From contig MCFE01000004.1 of assembly GCA_002104905.1 (NCBI GenBank), positions 62,001-126,000 of the forward strand: a stretch of 64,000 bases of DNA, read 5' to 3'. A program made the position numbers and the translations under genes. Source of the DNA: Basidiobolus meristosporus CBS 931.73 (Eukaryota > Fungi > Basidiobolomycota). Positions 24,268-38,000 of this stretch are shown here, piece by piece (the stretch's first letter is position 1; the number at the start of each line of letters is the position of its first letter). The notes beneath the pieces are model-generated. The model saw nothing but the letters and a program-made list of their open reading frames with translations, was not told where the DNA came from and ran no database searches.

Positions 24268-24954
24268 TGTTGTAAAGATTTGTAATTCCACCTAAATACC
24301 TGCCTAACTTAGTCACCTACATCATTACCTTCAAATCCTAAAAAATACTGACCAAAATCCTTGTTGGGATTTACTTAGAATATTTTCACCAAAATACCAG
24401 GTTCCCAGAACATGAAAATTCTCAAAGTTGTCCAAACAGCTCCAAACTTTGCACACATGTTCTTGGGACCTTCCTTAACCTATATGTTGCATTTGTAATG
24501 CCAAGACCAGGTAAAAGTATAAATACTACTTTTACAATCAATAAATCATTAAGTGAAAACCACATAATCTACTTGTTCTCCAAATCACTTCCAATATCTC
24601 CAAGACTCTTACAACAGGTTATGAGCCCCAAGCTGTCACTCTCTGCAATGTTTACTACTGCTATCACTGGAATTTTTCCCTCTGCTGAAAAGTTGGATTG
24701 ATCTAACTATCAAGTGAGGAAGGTGAAGATGAAGATGCTGCTACAAGAAGGAGGCCTTGGGAATACTGTCATGGGAGAAGAATGCCCTCCTAAGAATGCG
24801 GAAGAGGAAGCCTTAAAGTACCAGAAGCAAGAACAAAGTGACTTTAACTGCATTTGCCTTAATGTTTAATTACATAATTACCCTGCTGGTGGGTAAGATG
24901 AAATCTGTGGGCATACCAACTACTAATGAAGATGTGCTAGTTACCATCCTGAGC
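24268..24954 (+). mobile_element. copia copy F: 5' LTR (24268-24616), PBS and truncated gag
   Basis: 349-bp LTR, GGTTATGAGCCC at 24617-24628, then decayed gag with an internal deletion. Interrupted at 24955 by the next LTR. Confidence 0.85.
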
Positions 24955-26975
24955 TGTTGTAAGAGTCTTATAGATATTGGAAGTGATTGGGAGGACAGGT
25001 AGATTATGTGGTTTTCATTTGATTATTTATTGAATGTAAAAGTAGTTTTTATACTTTTACATGGTTGTGGCATTACAAATGCAACATATAGGTTAAGGAA
25101 GGTCCCAAGAACATGTGTGCAAGGCTTTGGGCTGTTTGGACAACTTATCTAATTTTCATGTTTTGGGTAAATATTCTCAGTAGATCCCAACAAGGAACTT
25201 GTTCAATATTCTCTAGGATTTGAAGGTAATGATATAATTGACTAAGTTAGGTAAATATTTAGATGGAATTACAAGTCTTTACAACACTCCCACTCAGCTA
25301 AATGTTCATACTGACTAGTCCTAATTTTGATCTAAGATATTCAAACTTGTCTCTAGCTAATGGTTTGGTAAATATGTATTCAATCACTTGATCTGAGGGA
25401 CAGTAAACTAAGCCAACTAAGTTATTCTCTATAGCTTCATATATAAAATGATGTCTAATGTCTATGTGCTTAGATCTACAATGAAAAGTTGGATTTCTAC
25501 CTAATTTTATACATCCTTGATTATCTTGAAATAAAGTAATAGGTGTTTTTTGACATAGGCCTAAATCTGTAAAAAGCTTTTGTAACCACACTGCCTCTTT
25601 TGTAGCTTCACAGGCTGCCATATACTCTGCCTCTGTGGTAGAAAGTGCTACAGTTGGTTGCTTTCTTGAGTTCCACAAATTGCTCCTTTACAGTAAAGAA
25701 AGGTGTTTCCTGTGGTAGATCTTTTGTCTTCCAAGTTTTTTCCCCAATCAGCATCAGAGTATCCCACAATATCCTGTTCTGAATACCTTAAACTGTATCT
25801 TAAGCAGATATGAGCAGCTCCTTTTAGGTATCTAAAAATATGCTTAACTGCTGCAATATGACCAGATCCATAGTTCTGATTATGTTGGCTGACAACTCTC
25901 ACTGAATATGAGATATCTGGACATGTTCCAAGCATGATATACATCAGACTACCAAACATAGATTGATAAGGAAAGTTAGGGCTTTTAGATGGCACCAAGC
26001 TCTGCTGATTTGGTGGGTTTTGACCAAGTTAAGGTTTGTCTCCATTGGGGTAGCTGCCAGTTTACAGTCTTCCATTTGATACTTCTTTAGTATATCATAA
26101 ATATACTTGGATTGGCCAAGGGTGATATTTTGGGTACTTCTGTCTATGAAGAACTTAATCCCTAAGTAGTAACCAAGTTCTCCTAGATTGGACATCTTGA
26201 ACTCCTTAGATAGGCTGGATTTAGTCTCTTCCAATGTTTCTAGGTTATTGGTGGCTATAATAAGATCATCCACATATAGAGCTAATAGAACTGGATTTGC
26301 TCTATCTGACTTAGAGTGTATACTATAGTTAGTATTACTCCTTTTGAAACTCACAGATTCCAAATAAGAAGCAATCTTACAAATCCAGGCTCTTAGTGAT
26401 TGTTTGGGACCTTATAGAGACTTTTTAAGTTTGCAGACCAAATGGGGGTTATCTTGGTCTGCAAACCCATCAGGCTGGTCCATATACACAACCTCATCAA
26501 GTTCTCCATTCAAAAATGCTGCTTATACGTCCATTTGATGAATACAAAACTTATATTTGGCTGCAATAGCCAATATTAATCAGATGGAATTAAACTTGGC
26601 TACCAGTGCAAAGGTCTCAGTATAGTCAAGTCCTTTTGTTTGTGAGTACCCTTTGGCCACAAGTCTTGCTTTGTATCTTTCAATTGTACCATCAGCCTTG
26701 TATTTTGTCTTGAAGAACCATCTGCATCCCTTAATTTTGGTTGATTGGTTATTTGACAAAGTCACAAGTTTGATTTTCCATCAGGGCCTCTTTTATAGTC
26801 TGGGGCACATTGATGTGGATTGACTAGGTATAGGCTAAGTTTGTACCCTCATTAATATAGTAATTTGGGCTATTTCTTGTTCAATTTGATCACCAGGCAT
26901 TTGATACTGGAATGATCACTTCTGGGATATTCCTGGGCACAGATTCTGGCTGAACCACAATTGTAGAGTCCTCTG

Positions 26976-29900
26976 TGTAGTAAAAATTTGTATTTCCACC
27001 TAAATATTCACCTAACTTAGTCACTTAGGTCATTACCTTCAAATCCTAGAGAATACTGACCAAATCCCTTGTTGGGATTTACTTAGAATATTTTCACCAA
27101 AATACCAGGTACCAAGAACATGAAAATTCTCAAAGTTGTCCAAACAGCCCCAAACTTTGCACACATGTTCTTGGGACCTTCCTTGACCTATTCTACATGT
27201 TTGTAATGCCAAGACCATGTAAAAGTATAAATACTACTTTTACATTCAATAGATCATTAAGTGAAAACCACATAATCTACTTGTTCTTCCAATCACTGCC
27301 AATATCTCCAAGACTCTTACAACAGGTTATGCACCCCAAGCTGTCACTCTCTGCAATGTCTACTACTGCTATTACTGGAATTTTTCCCTCTGCTGAAAAG
27401 TTGGATGGATCTAACTACCAGGTGTGAAAGGTGAAGATGAAGATGCTGCTACAAGAAAGAGGCCTGTGGGATATTGTCAAGGGAGAAGAATGCCCTCTTA
27501 AAAATGTGGGAGAGGAAGCCTTAAAGTACCAGTGAAAGAATAAAGTGCCTTTAACTGCATTTGCCTTAATGTCAAGGACAAATCGCTAATTCAATGCTCA
27601 AGAGCAAAACTGGCAAAGAATGCCTGGAAGGCATTAGAAGACACCTACCAATCATGTTCAGCTGCCAAGAAAATGTATCTGAGAAGAAAATTCTTTACTA
27701 CAAAGATGCTGCCAGGAGAAGAAATGAAAAATCTAATTAACAGAATTACCCTGCTGGTAGATGAGATGGAATCTGTGGGCGTACCAACTACTGATGAGGA
27801 TGTGATAGTTACCATCCTGAATAGCCTGACAGACAAGTTTCAGGGCCTTGTATCATCCCTAGAGTCCAGAACTGAAGATTTGACCTTAAATTACGTATAT
27901 GGAAGGCTCCTGGATGAAGAATTAAGAAAATCAAGCGCCAATAAGAAGGAAGAAGAAAATGCTTTAATAAGCAATGATAACCAACAAAGGAGGTACCCAA
28001 GACCCTACAAAGGCAACAGCAACCTATTTTGCAAATACTGCAAAAGGAAAGGACGCACATTAGACCGGTGTTTCAAAAAGAGAGATTATCAGTAAAAGAA
28101 GCCTGAATATGGAAATGCTGCAACAACTGAAGATAGATTATTCATATCTGCACTAAATATAACCAAAAACAAGGATTCTCAGACATGGTATATTGACTCT
28201 GGAGCTTCTCAACACTTTACACACCAAAAAGAACTTTTTATCCATATCAAGAAATTCCAATTCAGAAGGTTTTCATGGGTGACAATTGAACACTTGATGC
28301 AGTAGGAGAAGGAACTATCCAAGTAAACCTTAGAAGCAGTGAAGGAAGCCATACACTGACCTTTAAAGAAGTACTCTATGTACCAGAAATAGCCAAGAAC
28401 CTACTCTCTGTAAGCAAGGCCACAGCAGAAGGACTCAGTTTCAGTTTTGACAATTCTGGATGTAGGATCACTGTTCAAAATGGTGCTCATATTACTTTGG
28501 GCATCAGAGATCAGAATCTATACAAGCTGACTTATATTCCATCATATCTGGAAGCCAATATAAGTAACTTAAATGAAGAAACACCAATGCTTTGGCACAG
28601 GAGATTTGGGCACATCAATTTTGATTATTTGCGCAAAATGATCAAAGATCAGCTAATTTCTGGAGTGAAAATTGATCCCCCAGCTAATTTGGAGCACTGT
28701 GAAGCCCGCATATATGGGAAACAAGCCAGACAACTGTTCAAGAGCTCTGGGTTAATCAAAACTAAGAAAAAATTAGATCTAATTTACTCAGATCTGTGTG
28801 GACCTATGCAAAATTTATCCTTAGGCGGGATGAAGTATTAGATCACTTTTATTGATGATTATACAAGATACACATGGGTCTACTTCATGGAGAGAAAGGA
28901 AGAAGCTCTGTCTAAGTTCAGGGAGTTTAAAGCCATGGTGGAGAGAGAAACTGGTGAAAAAATCAAGAAAATACACTCTGACAATGGTGGAGAATATACC
29001 TCAAAACTCTTCATCCACTTCTGCAAAATTCATGGGATAAAGCAAGAGACTACTGTACCATACTCCCCACAGGAAAATGGAGTAGCAGAACGTGCTAACA
29101 GATCAATAATTGATCTGGCAAGATGTATGATCCATGATCAAAAATTATCCTTTGATTTATGGATGGAATCAGTTGCCACTGCTGTATACCTTAAAAATAG
29201 GAGTTATAACAGAATACTTTGTAATTCTACTCCATTTGAAGCATGGTATGGATACAGACCAAGTGCAGAACATCTAAGAATATTTGGGTGTACAGCTTAT
29301 GCCAAAAAACTGGCCGGAAATCAGTCAAAATTTGAGCCAAAAAGTGTAAAATGCATATTTTTGGACTACTGCAACAAGAGTAAGGCATACAGACTCTACA
29401 ATACCAAAGCAAAGAAGCTGATCAAGTCCAGGGATGTGTTGTTTGATGAAAATTCAAAATTTTCACAAAAAATGACATCAGATGATGACAAAAATCTGAT
29501 CTCAAGTCCCCCAATTGTCAGGATTGAATCAGAGCAAAACAATGAAAATTTTTTCACTCCAGAGGACTCTACAACCGTGGTTCAGCCAGAATCAGTGCCC
29601 AGGAATATCCCAGAAGTGATCATTCCAGTATCAAATGCCCGGAGATCCAATTGGAAATGAAATAGCCTAAATTACTATATCAATGAGGGTACAAACTTAG
29701 CCTAAGCCTATTCAGTCCATGTTGATGAGCCCCAGACTGTAAAAGAGGCCCTAAATAGCCCTCAGACAAAGTTTTGGAGATCTGCTATGACTGAGGAATA
29801 TCAGGCACTGATGGAAAATCAAACTTGGGACTTAGTCAAATTACTAATCAACCAAAAATCAATTGGATGCAGATGGGTCTTCAAGACAAAATACAAGGCT

Positions 29901-31658
29901 GATGGTACAAGTGAAGGATACAAAGCAAGACTTGTAGCCAAAGGATACTCTCAAACAAAAGGACTTGACTATACTGAGACCTTTGCACCGGTATCCAAGT
30001 TTAATTCCATCAGATTAATATTGGCTATTGCAGCCAAATATAAGTTTTTTATTCATCAAATGGATGTAAAAACTGCATGTTTGAATGGAGAACTTGATGA
30101 GGATGTGTATATGGACCAGCCTGATGGGCTTGTTGACCAAGATAACCCCCATTTGGTCTGCAAGCTTAAAAAGTCACTATATGGTCTCAAACAATCACCA
30201 AGAGCCTGGAATTGCAAGATAGATTCTGATTTGGAATCTTTGAGTTTCAAAAGGAGTAATGCTGACTATAGTATATTCTATAAGCCAGATAGAGCAAATC
30301 CAGTTCTATTAGCTCTATATGTGGATGATCTTATTATAGCCACCAGTAACCTAGAAACATTGGAAGAGACTAAATCCAGCCTATCTAAGGAGTTCAAGAT
30401 GTCCGATCTAGGAGAACTTAGTTACTACTTAGGGATTAAGTTCTCCATAGACAGAAGTACCCAGACTATTACCCTAAGCCAATCCAAGTATACTCAAGAT
30501 ATACTAAAGAAGTACAAAATGGAAGACTGTAAACCGGCAGCTACCCCAATGGAGACAAACCTTAACTTGGTCAAAACTCAACCAAATCAAGAGAGCTTGG
30601 TGCCATCTGAAAGCCCTGACTTTCCTTATCAATCTACGTTTGGTAGTTTGATATATATCATGCTTGGAACATGTCCAGATATCTCATATTCAGTGGGAGT
30701 TGTCAGCCAACATAATCAGAGTTATGGATCTGATCATATTACAGCAGTTAAGCTGATTTTTAGATACCTAAAAGGAACTGCTGATATCTGCTCAAGATAC
30801 ACTTTTGAGGACTCAGAACAAGATCTTGTGGGATACTCTGATGCTGATTGGGGACAAAATTTGGAAGACAGAAGATCCACTACAGGATACACCTTTCTTT
30901 ACTGTAAAGGAGCAATTTCATGGAATTCAAGAAAGCAACCAACCGTAGCACTTTCTACTACAGAGGCAGAGTATATGGCAGCCTGTGAAGCTACAAAAGA
31001 AGCAATGTGGTTAAGAAAGCTGCTTACAGATTTAGGCCCATGTCAAAAAATGCCTATTACTTTATTTCAAGATAATCAAGGATGTATACAATTAGGTAGA
31101 AATCCAACTTTTCATGCTAGAACCAAGCACATAGATGTTAGACATCATTTCATACGTGAAGCTATAGAGAATAACTTAGTTAGCTTAGTGTACTGTCCTG
31201 CAGATGAAATGATTGCAGATATATCTACCAAACCATTAGCTAGAGACAAGTTTGAATATCTTAGGTCAAAATTTGGACTAGTCAGTATGAACATTTAGAT
31301 GAGTGGGAGTGTTGTAAAAATTTGTATTTCCACCTAAATATTCACCTAACTTAGTCACTTAGGTCATTACCTTCAAATCCTAGAGAATACTGACCAAATT
31401 CCTTGTTGGGATTTACTTAGAATATTTTCACCAAAATACCAGGTTCCCAGAACATGAAAATTCTCAAAGTTGTCCAAACAGCCCCAAACTTTGCACACAT
31501 GTTCTTGGGACCTTCCTTAGCCTATTATATGTGTTTGTAATGCCAAGACCATGTAAAAGTATAAATACTACTTTTACATTCAATAAATCATTAAGTGAAA
31601 ACCACATAATCTACTTGTTCTCCCAATCACTTCCAATATCTCCAAGACTCTCACAACA
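26976..31658 (+). mobile_element. full-length but mutated Ty1/copia element B (4683 bp)
   Basis: LTRs 26976-27324 and 31310-31658, PBS GGTTATGCACCCC and PPT agatgagtgggag. Order gag (CKYCKRKGRTLDRC knuckle), protease (WYIDSGASQH), LWHRRFGH, integrase, RT ([14 protein letters not shown]), RNase H. In-frame stops. TSD CTCTG/CTCCA. Confidence 0.95.
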
Positions 31659-34600
31659 CTCCACAGTAAAATATTTTCATTGTTTACTCTGATTCAATCC
31701 TGACAATTGGTCGACTTGAGATCAGATTTTTGTCTTCATCTGATGTCATTTTTGGTGAAAATTTTGAATTTTCATCAAACAACACATCCCTGGACTTGAT
31801 CAGCTTCTTTGCTTTGGTATTGTAGAGTCTGTATGCCTTACTCTAATTGCAGTAGCCCAAAAATATGCATTTTACACTTTTTGGCCCAAATTTTGACTGA
31901 TTTCCGGGCAGTTTCTTGGCATATGCTGTACACCCAAATATTCTTAGATGTTCTGTACTTGGTCTGTACCCACACCATGCTTCAAATGGAGTAAAATCAT
32001 GAAGTATTCTGCTATAACTCCTATTTCTAAGATATACAGCCATGGCAACCAATTCCACCCATAAATCATAGGATATTTTTTGATCATGCATCATAGATCT
32101 TGCCATCTCAATTATTGATCTGTTAGCACATTCTGCTGCTCCATATTGCTCTAGGGAGTAGATGTTCTGCACTTGGTCTGTAGCCATACCATGCTTCAAA
32201 TAGAGTAGAATCAGAAAGTATTCCGTTATAACTCCTATTTTTAATGTATACAGCAGTGGCAACTGACTCTCCCCAAAAATCATAGGATAATTTTGGATCA
32301 TGGGTCATAGATCTTGCCAGATCAATTATTGATCTGTTAGCATGTTCTGCTGCTCCATTTTGCTGTGGGGAGTATGGTACAGTAGTCTCTTGCTTTATCC
32401 CATGAATTTTGCAGAAGTGGATGAAGAGTTTTGAGGTATATTCTCCACCATTGTCAGAGCATATTTTCATGATTTTTTCACCAGTTACTTTCTCCACCAT
32501 GACTTTAAACTCCCTGAACTTAGACAGAGCTTCTTCCTTTCTCTCTATGAAGTAGACCCATGTTTATCTTATATAATCATCAATAAAAGTGATTAAGTAC
32601 TTCATCCCACCTAAGGATACGTTTTGCACAAGTCCACACAGATCTGAGTGAATTGGATCTAATTTTTTATTAGTTCTGATCAACCCAGAGCTCTTGAGCA
32701 GTTGTCTGGCTTGTTCCCCATATATGCAGGCTTCACAGTGCTCTAAATTAGTGGGGGATCAGTTTTTACTCCAGAAATTAGCTGATTTTTGATCATTTTG
32801 CACAATTAATCAGAACTGATGTGTCCAAATCTCCAGTGCCAAAGCATTGGTGTTTCTTCAATTAAATTACTTACATTGGCATCCAAATATGATAGAATAT
32901 AAGTCAACCTGTATAGGTTCTGATCTCTGATACTAAAGGCAATATGGGCACCATTTTGATCAGTGATCTTGCATCCAGAATTGTCAAAGCTGAAACTGAG
33001 TCCTTCCACTGTGGCCTTGCTTACAGATAGTAGGTTCTTGGCTATTTCTGGTACATAGAGTACTTCTTCAAAGGTCAGTGTAAGGCTTCCCCCACTGCTT
33101 CTTAGGCTTACTTGGATAGTATCTTCTCCCACTGCATCAAGTGTTCTATTGTCACCCATGAAAACCTTCTCAATTGGAATAACTTGATATTGTGTAAAAA
33201 GTTCTTTTTGGTGTGTAAAGTGCTGAGATGCTCCAGAGTCAATTTACCACGTCTGAGAATCCTTGTTTGTGGTCATATTTAGTGCAGATATGAATAGTCT
33301 ATCAGCAGTTGTTGCAGCATTTCCTTATTCAGGCTTCTTTTACTGATAATCTCTCTTTTTGAGACACCGGTCTAATGTGTGTCCTTTCCTTTTGCAGTAT
33401 TTGCAAAATAGGTTGCTGTTGCCTTTGTAGGGTCTTGGGTACCTCCTTTGTTGGTTATCATTGCTTATTAAAGCATTTTCTTCTTCCTTCTTGTTGGCGC
33501 TTGATTTTCTTAATACATCATCCAGGAGCCTTCCATATGTTGTAAGAGTCTTGGAGATATGGGAAGTGATTAGGAGAACAAGTAGATAATGTGGTTTTCA
33601 CTTAATGATTTATTGAATGTAAAAGTGGTATTTATACTTTTACCTGGTCTTGGCATTGCAAATGCAACATATAGGTTAAGTAAGATCCCAAGAACATGTG
33701 TGCAAAGTTTGGGGCTGTTTAGACAACTTTGAGAATTTTCATGTTCTGGGAACCTGGTATTTTGGTGAAAATATTCTAAGTAAATCCCAACAAGGAATTT
33801 GGTCAGTATTCTCTAGGATTTGAAGGTAATGACCTAAGTGACTAAGTTAGGTGAATATTTAGGTGGAAATACAAATATTTACAACACTCCCACTCATCTA
33901 AATGTTCATACTGACTAGTCCGAATTTTGACCTAAGATATTCAAACTTGTCTCTACCTAATGGTTTGGCAAATATGTCTGTAATCATTTCATCTGCAGGA
34001 CAGTACACTAAGCTAACTAAGTTATTCTCTATAGTTTCACGTATGAAATGATGTCTAACATCTATGTGCTTGGTTCTAGCATGAAAAGTTGGATTTCTAC
34101 CTAATTGTATACATCCTTGATTATCTTGAAATAAAGTAATAGGCATTTTTTGACATGGGCCTAAATCTGTAAGCAGCTTTCTTAACCACATTGCTTCTTT
34201 TGTAGCTTCACAGGCTGCCATATACTCTGCCTCTGTAGTAGAAAGTGCTATGGTGTGGTGGTGTATAAGTCCAAGGGAGAGATACGTCCAACACTTCTCA
34301 AGTGTTTTGTGTGTGGGGTGTTCACTGGGTGCGATAACCTCTGGCAAAAGCTTGCTAGGAATACTTGGGTTCTGTCTCTAATCTAATGTGAAGGGGAATA
34401 AAGCCACAAGCTTGTCAAGGGAAAACTATTGAGCTACAATCCCCAACTTAGTTGGCGTCTTAACAAAAGTATTTGCTGGGTTCAGCGTCCTTTGAGATGA
34501 CAATGTACTAAAGCTTCCAAAGTCAAAACAACTGTAAACTCCACCAGCAGGGACTTGATAAGAATGCAGCTTTGGTCAATAGTTACAAAGACAGAAAAGT

Positions 34601-34840
34601 ATCTTTGCCTGTACAAGAACAAACTTGGGAAAGAATCAAATATAATAAAAGATACCTACTCTGAGTATTCCTCACAAGTAGTGCCTCCAAGGTCAGTTGG
34701 CTGTCAGCGCGGTTTCCTGGGAGTGTCCTGTGGTCTAGGGTTGGAAGTTCAGGTAGCAGCAGGTAGCAGTGATCACACTAATCAACAAGTCGGTATATTG
34801 ATAAAAGGGATGATGATTTATTGTTGAGGGATAGCCTCCC

Positions 34841-35044
34841 TTATATACTTTTCTCACTGGCTAAGTGATTACTAATCATGGTGTTCCAGAAGGTTCCGGA
34901 GATCAATAGAAATCTTAATGACATCAGAATGACCTAAGAATGTTCTAAGTAGGTGCCGGAAGGTTCTAAGAGGCACAGCACATCCAACCAATCAGGAATC
35001 AGTATTCTGAAACCTGCGTAACATGGGGATACCATATATGGTAT
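34841..35044 (-). promoter_or_regulatory. gypsy LTR U3 promoter: CArG palindrome, CCAAT box, TATA box
   Basis: ATACCATATATGGTAT at 35029-35044, aaCCAATcag at 34988-34992 and TATATAA (minus strand) at 34841-34847. Repeated in the other LTR copies. Confidence 0.6.
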
Positions 35045-38000
35045 GGAAATGGTAGGGATGGTGACACGGGCTGATCATGTGTCACGGGTACTGGCGCGGG
35101 TACTTGCCTAATATAGAAGTACTTATAGCTAGTAATCTTACATAAAGTGAGGGTTAACTTATGCAATAAGGTAAGCAGGTGTGATAGTCAACCGGCTTAT
35201 GGGATAGTACTGATTGGGTAAGACAAATGGGATAAAACTAAAATAAGTGTAGTAGAGATATAGGGAAGTAGAAAATAAGGGAATGAGCACATCTGTCAGT
35301 GGGTGTCACTGTCACCCCACTACATCCACCCCCCTCTCAGCTTTGAACTTGGGTCAAAGCAAACTAATCTTGATGTGCAAAATTCCTATGCTTGAATAAC
35401 TTAAGTCGATTTCCAGCAACTGGTGCTCTCAACTGGGTGTTGTCAAGCTCAGATATGTAATAACTTCCATTTCCAATCACTTTGGAAATGAGGTAGGGGC
35501 CAGTCCATTTGTTGTCAAACTTCCGACTCCATTGCTTGTCCAAGGTAGAATCATAGAGTAATACTGGGTCTCCTAGTGATAGTGGTTTTGGTCTTGTTGG
35601 GTGTGATTTGTCAAAGGGCACCTTGTTCTTTAGTCGTGTATCCTTAAGTTGTTCAGCAGCTCTGCTGATATTCAAGTCATGGTGATCAAGTTGCTGTATG
35701 CAAGTTGCAAGGAGGTCTTCAGTCTGCATATTGGATCTCCAATTCAATGAGTTCCAAGTGACTGTGTTTAACTCAACTGGTAGTATGCAGTCATGTCCAT
35801 AGAGTAGCTTGAATGGCGATAATCCAGTTGTCCTCTTAGTAGTAATTCTATCTGCCCAGAGTGCTAGATGTAATTGCTGTGGCCACAGTGTTGTGTTATT
35901 CTCACAGGTCTTGACAAGAGAGTTCACCAATGGTCCATGTCCTCTCTCTATCATTCCATTGGCTTGAGGGTGGTAAGCTGTTGTAAAAGCAATGTGTATC
36001 TTGTACTTTGAGCACAACTCCTGGATCATTTGGGATGTCATCTCTCCTCTGTCAGCAACAAACTGTTGGATGCAGCCAAATCTGCAGATGATGTCTTCAA
36101 GTATAAATCTCCATATGGTATGGCTCTTGTTGTTGGGCAAGGCTCGAGCCTCTGCCCATCCACTAAGGTCATCTCTAGCAACAATCAGGTACTTTTTTGA
36201 TCCAGCTGTTGGCATGTGGACAAGGTCAATACCAACCTTTTGCCATAGACAGATTGTGTAAGTAGGATGCAGTGGTTCTTCATAACGCTTTGAGGATCTC
36301 TTCTGGCAGGCTACACATGACTCAACAAAGTGTTGGATATCATAGTACATGTTTTCCCAGTAGTACCTCTGAGCTGTAGTATTGTATGTGGCTTCTTGTC
36401 CTCTATGTCCTCCTGGTTCTCCTTGGTGGATACTTGTCATGATGTTCAGTTGCTCTTGAGGGGTAGTGACTACTCTTCTTGGCATAAGTCCAGGTTTCAC
36501 TTGCTTAAAGAGAAGATCATCTTTAAGATAGTAGTGGTGTGCCTTCTTCCTGAGTTTTCTAAACTCCTGAATATCCATCCAACTAGGTTTCTTAAGTGTC
36601 CTTAGATATTCCTTGATCAGACTCCAGGTAGTTCTCTCTTGGTCTTTGATGGCAATCTGTCGGATCTCTGCATCAATAATATCATCAAAGTGAGGGTCCA
36701 AGTCTTCAAATAATTGTGGTCCCTTCCTGGAGAGTGCATCAGCCACAACATTTGTCTTGCCAGGGATATGTTTGACCTCAAAGTCAAACATTTTCAGCCA
36801 TGCCATCCATCGGTTTGTGGCATCATCAGGTAGGTCAGGCTTGTTGATCATTCCTATCAGTGGCTTGGCATCTGTCTCCAGGATAAAATGTGTCATGTAG
36901 AGTTGTGACTTCAGTTTCCTCAGCATCTTCACAACTCCTAGTAGTTCTCTCTTAATCTGTGAGTATCTTTGTTCTCTAGGAGAGAATAGGCAGCTCTCAT
37001 ATCTGCAGGCATAGCGGTTGCCATCTTCATCATCTTGTCCAAGTAGTGCTCCAGCTCCTATGGGGCTTGCATCCACTGTCAAAATAGGTGGGCATTCAGT
37101 GTTTTGATAGTCAAGAGGTCTCAGAACTGGTGGAGATACTAAGGCCTCTTTCAGTAATTGCATGGCTTCTTCTTGCTCTTCTCCCCAGATAAATGGGGTG
37201 TTCTTTCTCTGTAGTCGGTAGATTGGTTCTGCTATCTCAGAAAATCTTGGGATCCAGATCCTAAAGAACCCACAAGCTGCCACAAAGCCACAAGCTTGTG
37301 TTAGATTTGTGGGGGTAGGCCAGTTGCATATCTTTTGTGTCTTGGAATCTCCAGGTGAGCGACCGAAAGGTGTTGCATTTTTGTCCAACAATGGATATCT
37401 CTGATACACCAAAGCTGCTTTTCTCACCACTGATGGTGAGTCCAGCTTCTTCAATGGCTCCTAATATGGCATCATTGTCTGCAATATGGTCATAGACAAA
37501 CTTTCTTACTCCAGGCATAACTTCAGTGGTGTCCTGGAATTTTGATCCTTTGATGCCTATGTCGTCCACAAAGACAGCAAGTTTCTCAGGTATAAACTGA
37601 TACAGCACATTTACCATGCATCTCTGGAACTGAGCCACGGAGTTTGTAGCCCCTTGACTGAGTCTTGTCATCCTTAACAGTCCAAATGGTGTCTGTAGTG
37701 CAAACATATCTCTCGATGTCTCATCAAGGGGGATCTGGTCATATCCTGAGTAGAGATCATATGTCAAGTAGATGGAGTGGCCACTAAAGCTTTCTGCAAA
37801 GTCATCAATAGATGGAGGTATAGAAGCATCTCTGATAGTGACAGCATTTGCAGGTTGCATGTCTTGAATGAATCGGAGCTTTCCATTCTTCTTTTTGGTC
37901 ACAAACCATCTGTTAGCATAGGGTCCATGGCAAGGTTCTAGGATACCAGCTTCTATCTTCTTCTTAAGTAGGTCATGCACATCAGCTTGGAGTCCTCTGG

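Noticed and set aside
34555-34827. 90-aa antisense ORF in the gypsy LTR, also open at 40663 and 53654
   Set aside because: The copies are just LTR repeats. Differences in the older copy are largely non-synonymous, so there is no sign of protein-level selection.
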